64,000 nt of DNA from an uncultured bacterium (lineage in GTDB: Bacteria > Patescibacteriota > Saccharimonadia > Saccharimonadales > 2-12-FULL-41-12): contig CAWIAU010000001.1 in NCBI GenBank assembly GCA_963834265.1, positions 469,523 to 533,522 of the forward strand. Reading direction: 5' to 3'. The position numbers were made by a program, and so were the translations under genes. The notes beneath the pieces were generated by a model. The model saw nothing but the letters and a program-made list of their open reading frames with translations. It did no database searches and was not told the DNA's origin. Shown here piece by piece: positions 58,619 to 64,000 of this stretch; position 1 is the first letter of the stretch, and every line of letters starts with the position of its first letter.

Positions 58619-59176
58619 ATGCTGATTCATTTTGAAGACTGGTCACATCCACTTGTTACCGATTTGCTGCCACAAGACCTGCCCCATGAGAGCAGAGTTA
58701 TAAAAGCTTTTGCTACTGAGACAGATCCACGTATAGAATTAAATAAACGAGACCTCGTAGTTATTGAAGCAAGCGGAGATGTTTTCGACCGCGATGAAGT
58801 ATTTGAATATGACCAACGGGGAGCTTTTGCCAGCCTTGATCTGGAAGAAATGCTGGGAGAGTATGACTTGAGTGATCTTGGTAATCGTACGGTGAGAGCT
58901 TTGTTTCGTTTCTCAAATGAGTATGGTTTTTGTCAGGAAGCCATGTCAGCCAGGCGCAACGACGGCTGGCTGATTGCAGGGCCGTTGGATGAAATCGACG
59001 GATATAACAACGCCGGAGGGCCCGGGTACGAAAGTGCATTGCACCTGGATATATTTTTTCCAAAATCTCTGGGGATTTTGAAAGATACTGTCAATTATGA
59101 TAGTCCGGACGAAGTACTTACTGTACAAGAGGTAATGAGCCAAAGACGTAACTCACTAAAACGAAGACAGGCATAA
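58619..59176 (+). CDS. Hypothetical orphan protein
   Basis: 185 aa acidic ORF. Confidence 0.55.
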   Translation: MLIHFEDWSHPLVTDLLPQDLPHESRVIKAFATETDPRIELNKRDLVVIEASGDVFDRDEVFEYDQRGAFASLDLEEMLGEYDLSDLGNRTVRALFRFSNEYGFCQEAMSARRNDGWLIAGPLDEIDGYNNAGGPGYESALHLDIFFPKSLGILKDTVNYDSPDEVLTVQEVMSQRRNSLKRRQA

Positions 59177-60388
59177 TTACCTGACAATAACCTGGTCGCG
59201 GGCGGGGCCAACCCCGATCATCGTGATGGGTATGCCGGTTTGGTCTTCTATGAACTGTATGTATTTTTGTGCATTTGCCGGTAAGTCTTCGAATTTGCGA
59301 ATACCTTGTATATCTTCTTTCCAGTTCGGCAGATTACGATAAACAGGTTCGCATTGTTCAAGCTCGCCGGCAGAACCGGGAGCAATTTTTAATTCCTGAT
59401 TTTTATACTGGTAAGCTACGCATACAGGTATCTCTTTACCGTAGCGATTCAGACAGTCGACTTTCGTAAGTGCCAGTTCATCCGAGCCATTAACCATCTG
59501 GGCCCGCCGCAATCCCGGCAGATCAAAATGTCCCATACGACGCCAGCGGCCGGTGGTAGTTCCTTGTTCGGTATCCACTTTTCCCGCTTCACCCCGCAAT
59601 TTATGCAACAGTTCTTCATCCTTCACTTCAGTAACGAAAGGTCCTCCACCCACGTGGGACTGGGTAGCTTTGGCGACACCTATAATCCTGTCAATATACT
59701 TAGCGCTGATGCCCAGACCCGTCAGGACCCCTCCCGTAGTGGTAGACGATGAAGTGACAAACGGATACATACCATGATCAATATCGAGTAGAAATGCCTG
59801 CGCTCCCTCGGCCAGCACATTATGTTTATCTTTCAGAGCATTATTTACGAGTAGTACAGTATCGGTTATGTAGTCTTTCAGCTTATGGCAGGCGTTAGTC
59901 CATTCCCTGGGCTGATCAGTTAACTTTCCGGCCAGTATATCTTCGGCCCGCAGATTACTACGCTTATACTTAGCTGCCGCTACATATGCAATACCGGCTT
60001 TGGTTGTACCTTGACGATTTTGTCCGTCTTCCCTGTCGGAATCAAGTTTTATATGTTCGGGTGTGATCAGATGCGCCCCCAGACTGATCTTCAGATTATC
60101 GGGAGTTACATCGATGCCACGGGTTTTCAACCCGTCAATTTCTGTTCCCAGCTTGATCGGATCAAGAAATGTACCATTACCTATGACATTGACTACGTTC
60201 GGTTGAGCTGCTCCGGATGGCATCAGATGCAGCTCCAGTACTCCTCCATCCGGTAATACAACTGTATGGCCGGCATTCGGACCGCCGTTGAAGCGTGCTA
60301 CTATATCATGCTTGCTCGCAAGCATATCAACAAACCGCCCTTTACCCTCGTCTCCTCTTTGTTCTCCAACTACAATAGTTACCGGCAT
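59177..60388 (-). CDS. purA: Adenylosuccinate synthetase
   Basis: GDEGKG, GG.NAGHT, EGAQ..LLDIDHG.YPFVTSS, GTTTGR.RR, GVGP.R. Confidence 0.96.
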   Translation of the reverse strand: MPVTIVVGEQRGDEGKGRFVDMLASKHDIVARFNGGPNAGHTVVLPDGGVLELHLMPSGAAQPNVVNVIGNGTFLDPIKLGTEIDGLKTRGIDVTPDNLKISLGAHLITPEHIKLDSDREDGQNRQGTTKAGIAYVAAAKYKRSNLRAEDILAGKLTDQPREWTNACHKLKDYITDTVLLVNNALKDKHNVLAEGAQAFLLDIDHGMYPFVTSSSTTTGGVLTGLGISAKYIDRIIGVAKATQSHVGGGPFVTEVKDEELLHKLRGEAGKVDTEQGTTTGRWRRMGHFDLPGLRRAQMVNGSDELALTKVDCLNRYGKEIPVCVAYQYKNQELKIAPGSAGELEQCEPVYRNLPNWKEDIQGIRKFEDLPANAQKYIQFIEDQTGIPITMIGVGPARDQVIVR

Positions 60389-60512
60389 GTTTACTAATAG
60401 TATATCAAATAGTATATCTAAAAACCGGGTCTTATTTTTTGTAACTGAAATTATATAAAACTAAGTTTCAATAGCCTTGTTTCACAAGTCCCTCGGGATA
60501 CTTCTGATTAGT

Positions 60513-60839
60513 TTAGTTGGGTTCAAAGAATTTTTTGGGGCGGTTGAATTGCCAGGGATCACGGACGCTGCATTTTTGGATCTCGATTGATTCCCATACT
60601 TTGCCGGTAACATATGGTTCAGAGTCCAGCCATTCCTGCAGCTCTTTTTCTGAGGGGAAGTCCATGAAAAGCATTGAGCCATTCATCCGGCCATCGTCAT
60701 CCAACAATGCGGCCCCATACCACATATTTCCCGATTGTCTCAGCTTCTCACCCAAATCAATATGATCCTGACGTACAGCCATCCGCCGATCCGGTGCTCT
60801 ATCGTCTGTTCCATCCCGCCCGATTACCAAATACTGCAT
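60513..60839 (-). CDS. YciI family protein
   Basis: R...R..H, G.LLDD.G.M.GS, EPY motifs. Confidence 0.85.
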   Translation of the reverse strand: MQYLVIGRDGTDDRAPDRRMAVRQDHIDLGEKLRQSGNMWYGAALLDDDGRMNGSMLFMDFPSEKELQEWLDSEPYVTGKVWESIEIQKCSVRDPWQFNRPKKFFEPN

Positions 60840-60870
60840 GGCTACAGAATAGCATTTTTTAATTAAACTC

Positions 60871-61422
60871 TTACCTCGTATAGGTTGCTGTCAGTATAGC
60901 GATAAAGAAAAGTGTGAAATAAGTAATTTGAAGTAACATAAGATATTCATGCCTACCTTTGCCATGTACTAATACGGCAATCGTAGATAACATTATCAGG
61001 AGATTTATTACACAAATTATTTGCGTCGCAGAGCTTATCATCTCTGACAACAAGACCGTAATCAGCGCCGGAATGAGCAGTATAGCCGAAAAAGCCGCAA
61101 ATACCTGATGATACAGAGTTTTTCGGCCACCGGATTCCGGAATTAGCACTACAATAACCTGGGCGGCCGCACTGGTCGCGATAAATACGCTAAACCAAGA
61201 GGATAAATTAAATGCAGGCACAAACCATTTGTCAAAAAACAGTAATAACATCGGTAGAACAATAAAGAACAGGCCTATGTAGTAAAAATATGTATGTCTG
61301 TAAGCAGCCGCATGCTGGCTAAAGCTCATATGCTTGCCTTGTGGCCATCGCCACACCAAAAACCAAAGTCCACAAGACAGGATTAAAACTGATGTAATGA
61401 GTAATAATTTATAAGACTCCAC
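60871..61422 (-). CDS. Hypothetical integral membrane protein
   Basis: About six hydrophobic segments. Confidence 0.65.
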   Translation of the reverse strand: MESYKLLLITSVLILSCGLWFLVWRWPQGKHMSFSQHAAAYRHTYFYYIGLFFIVLPMLLLFFDKWFVPAFNLSSWFSVFIATSAAAQVIVVLIPESGGRKTLYHQVFAAFSAILLIPALITVLLSEMISSATQIICVINLLIMLSTIAVLVHGKGRHEYLMLLQITYFTLFFIAILTATYTR

Positions 61423-61429
61423 GAATTAT

Positions 61430-62971
61430 TTATTCCCATTCAATGGTGGCGGGGGGTTTGGTCGTAATTTCGTAAACTACACGGTTGATGCCTTTAACTT
61501 CGGAAACGATGCGGCTGGACATGCGTGCCAGCAGATCATAGGGTAATCGGGCCCAGTCGGCAGTCATAACATCCAGTGACTCAAAAGCTTTGATGCAGAT
61601 TACTTCTTCGTAGGTGCGGCCATCACCCATTACGCCTACAGATTTGATCGGCAGGAGCACTGCAAAATATTGGTACAGATCTTTTCGGATGTCCGGTAAT
61701 TTTTCGATTTCTTCCCGGACAATTGCATCCGCTTCCTGTAGCAGATATAAACGCTCGGGAGTAATGTCGCCTACTATCCGGACGGCTAGTCCGGGACCGG
61801 GAAATGCCTGTCGTTGTACAATTGCTTCAGGCAATCCCAGCTCGCTGCCAATACGGCGCACTTCATCCTTAAATACGGCCCGCAGAGGTTCAATCAACTT
61901 CAGATTCATCTTTTCCGGCAGTCCGCCTACGTTATGATGTGACTTTATAGTTACCGATGGTCCATTGACTGATACTGACTCAATAACATCCGGATAAAGC
62001 GTTCCCTGCACCAGAAATTCGACCCCATCAATTTGTTTGGCCTCTTCGTCGAAGATTTTGATAAACTCACCGCCGATAATCTTACGCTTCTGCTCCGGAT
62101 CAGTCACGCCGGCCAGTTTGCTCAAAAACTGGTCGGCGGCACGGATAGGCTTCACATTCAGCCCTGTCTGCTTGTAGACTTCCAGTACTTCTTCGTATTC
62201 GTTCTTGCGGAGCAAACCATTATCGACGAATATACATGTTTGCTGATCGCCGATTGCTCTGTCCACAAGAGTTGCGGCAATGGAGGAATCGACACCGCCG
62301 GATAGAGCGCAGACAACTTTTTTCTCTCCTACCAGCTCTTTGATCTTTTGGATCTCACTGCCGATGAAATGCTCCGGTGTCCAGTCCTGTTTAAAACCGC
62401 AAATGCCAACCATGAATTGCCTTAATATCTCTGTTCCATATTCAGTATGTGCTACTTCCGGATGGAACTGGAATCCATACATTTTTTTGTCGTGATTTTC
62501 GATAACGGCGATGGTGTTGGCTGATAGCGCTGTGACTACAAATCCCTTTGGCGGTGCACTGACATGAGTGCCATGGCTCATCCAGACTGTGCTGTTCTCA
62601 AAGGCCTGGTCAATAATGTCGCTGCGTTCTTTCAGGGCCAGTGTTGCTTTGCCATATTCGCGGGACGGCGAGTCTTCTACCTTGCCTCCGAAATGCTGAG
62701 AAATAAGCTGCATTCCATAGCACACACCCAGGATGGGGATGCTTTGTTCAAATAATTTGTCCGGCAGACCAGGGGCCCGGTCATCAAAAACTGAGTTAGG
62801 GCCTCCGGACAGTACAATGCCCTTAACATCATGTTTTTTTATCTCATCAACTCTCGTGTTGAATGGCAGGATAATACTAAAAACGCCGAGTTCGCGGGCT
62901 CGTCGCGCGATAAGCTGGGTAAATTGGGATCCATAATCCAAAATAACCAGAGTCTCGGGGCGTTTATCCAT
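61430..62971 (-). CDS. guaA: GMP synthase (glutamine-hydrolysing)
   Basis: GSQ.TQLIARR, GVCYGMQ, QFHPE, SGGVDSS, KSHHNVGGLP, KPPATIEWE. Confidence 0.98.
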   Translation of the reverse strand: MDKRPETLVILDYGSQFTQLIARRARELGVFSIILPFNTRVDEIKKHDVKGIVLSGGPNSVFDDRAPGLPDKLFEQSIPILGVCYGMQLISQHFGGKVEDSPSREYGKATLALKERSDIIDQAFENSTVWMSHGTHVSAPPKGFVVTALSANTIAVIENHDKKMYGFQFHPEVAHTEYGTEILRQFMVGICGFKQDWTPEHFIGSEIQKIKELVGEKKVVCALSGGVDSSIAATLVDRAIGDQQTCIFVDNGLLRKNEYEEVLEVYKQTGLNVKPIRAADQFLSKLAGVTDPEQKRKIIGGEFIKIFDEEAKQIDGVEFLVQGTLYPDVIESVSVNGPSVTIKSHHNVGGLPEKMNLKLIEPLRAVFKDEVRRIGSELGLPEAIVQRQAFPGPGLAVRIVGDITPERLYLLQEADAIVREEIEKLPDIRKDLYQYFAVLLPIKSVGVMGDGRTYEEVICIKAFESLDVMTADWARLPYDLLARMSSRIVSEVKGINRVVYEITTKPPATIEWE

Positions 62972-62987
62972 CTTATGCAGTAGTATA

Positions 62988-63557
62988 TCAGCTCAACGAC
63001 CGACGGGATATAAAGCCGGAGTTTTTGTCAAAGAAGCGCCAGGGTTGGTCTATAGCTTTTTTGATCCCTATTCTGGGACTTTCAGCTATATCCCGCCGCT
63101 GTTCCGCAGGCAATAACATAATTTGTCTGTCATTAAGATGACTGCCGTTAAATGAGGGGTCAATACCCAGGGCCTGAACGAGTTTAGCCGGCCCGTTGCA
63201 TAACTTATGGATATCCACTGTTTTTCGATTCTTCTGCATCAGATCGACGCCAATTACCGGCTCTAGTGCCCGAATCAAAACTGCCTCGCCACTATGGTCT
63301 CCTGCAACAATATTGAGGCAGTAATGCATGCCGTAGGTAAAATAAATATAAATTGTCCCCGGGGCCTGAAACATCGCAGCGTTACGCGGAGTCTGCCCTC
63401 TGTAAGTATGACTTGCGGGATCGAAACGGGTATAAGCTTCAGTTTCAACGATAATTCCACCGACAGCTCCGGCTTCGGTCTTATGTATCAGATGCCAGCC
63501 AATCAAAGCAGAAGCTGCCTCCGGCGCTGACCGGCTCAAAAACTCTGGAATACCCAT
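62988..63557 (-). CDS. DNA-3-methyladenine glycosylase (MPG/AAG family)
   Basis: IVETEAY...DPASH, YGMHYCLN, AVLIRALEP, NGPAKL, PRIGI; start set at MGIPE. Confidence 0.92.
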   Translation of the reverse strand: MGIPEFLSRSAPEAASALIGWHLIHKTEAGAVGGIIVETEAYTRFDPASHTYRGQTPRNAAMFQAPGTIYIYFTYGMHYCLNIVAGDHSGEAVLIRALEPVIGVDLMQKNRKTVDIHKLCNGPAKLVQALGIDPSFNGSHLNDRQIMLLPAEQRRDIAESPRIGIKKAIDQPWRFFDKNSGFISRRSLS

Positions 63558-63582
63558 ACTTTCAGTATAATTGATCCTGAAT

Positions 63583-64000
63583 ATGACGAGACTCACAGAA
63601 TATCTGAATATCTTATGGCTGTGTGTGACTATTGTCGTTCTGATTGCGTTTCAGACAGAGCCGATTGGCTTTGTGATGCTCGGGACAGGTTTTCTGGGCC
63701 TCTGGTTATGCTCAGGAGATTTCCGACGGAATATAGCGTTGGTATATGGCTGCACTGCTTTGCTGGCTAATACTCCGATCAACACCGGAATTGATTTCAA
63801 ACATGGTCTGACAATGGGTATACCGCTTTTTCTGGTGGTTTTTATTCCTTATTACATCAGTAAGAATATTTACAAAAACAATCTGGTGAGATTCCCCTTC
63901 GGAAAAGGTCGGGAGTGGAAACAAAAAGAAGTATTCTATGTACTCTTTACTGCGGGAGTAGGTTTTTTAATATTACCGTTAATGTTGCGCAGCGGCAGCT
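63583..64000 (+). CDS. Partial integral membrane protein (runs off the window)
   Basis: Open frame from ATG 63583 (MTRLTEYLNILWLCV...) to the window end with several hydrophobic segments. Confidence 0.7.
   Translation, partial: MTRLTEYLNILWLCVTIVVLIAFQTEPIGFVMLGTGFLGLWLCSGDFRRNIALVYGCTALLANTPINTGIDFKHGLTMGIPLFLVVFIPYYISKNIYKNNLVRFPFGKGREWKQKEVFYVLFTAGVGFLILPLMLRSGS

Overview
Bacterial chromosome window (standard code), most consistent with a Patescibacteria/CPR lineage of the Saccharibacteria type. This taxonomy is inferred from gene content and style, not from a search. The core genes are topA, dprA, pth, der, a pseudouridine synthase, a two-component pair, a DinB-type polymerase, gltX, a sortase, xth, pyrH, ABC and RND transporters, tgt, two purP paralogs, cfa, purA, guaA and a DNA glycosylase, plus three tRNAs (Glu-CTC, Leu-CAA, Ser-GGA). 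Four things stand out. (1) A family of about nine 250-320 bp structured intergenic elements of two types (A and B) shares both termini. Four times they form convergent A/B pairs: three enclose a single orphan gene and one is empty. (2) A ~7.1 kb serine-recombinase island sits at the 3' end of tRNA-Glu. Its reconstructed attP would give the recombinase a different C-terminus. It carries a HEPN-motif protein and many frameshifted genes. (3) Three consecutive leader-peptide attenuators (Leu-, Ile/Val- and aromatic-rich) precede leuA, a RidA operon and a divergent DAHP synthase. (4) A ~350 nt highly structured non-coding unit with its own promoter and terminator lies next to dprA. Partial tRNA duplications flank both tRNA-Glu and tRNA-Leu, and many genes appear leaderless.
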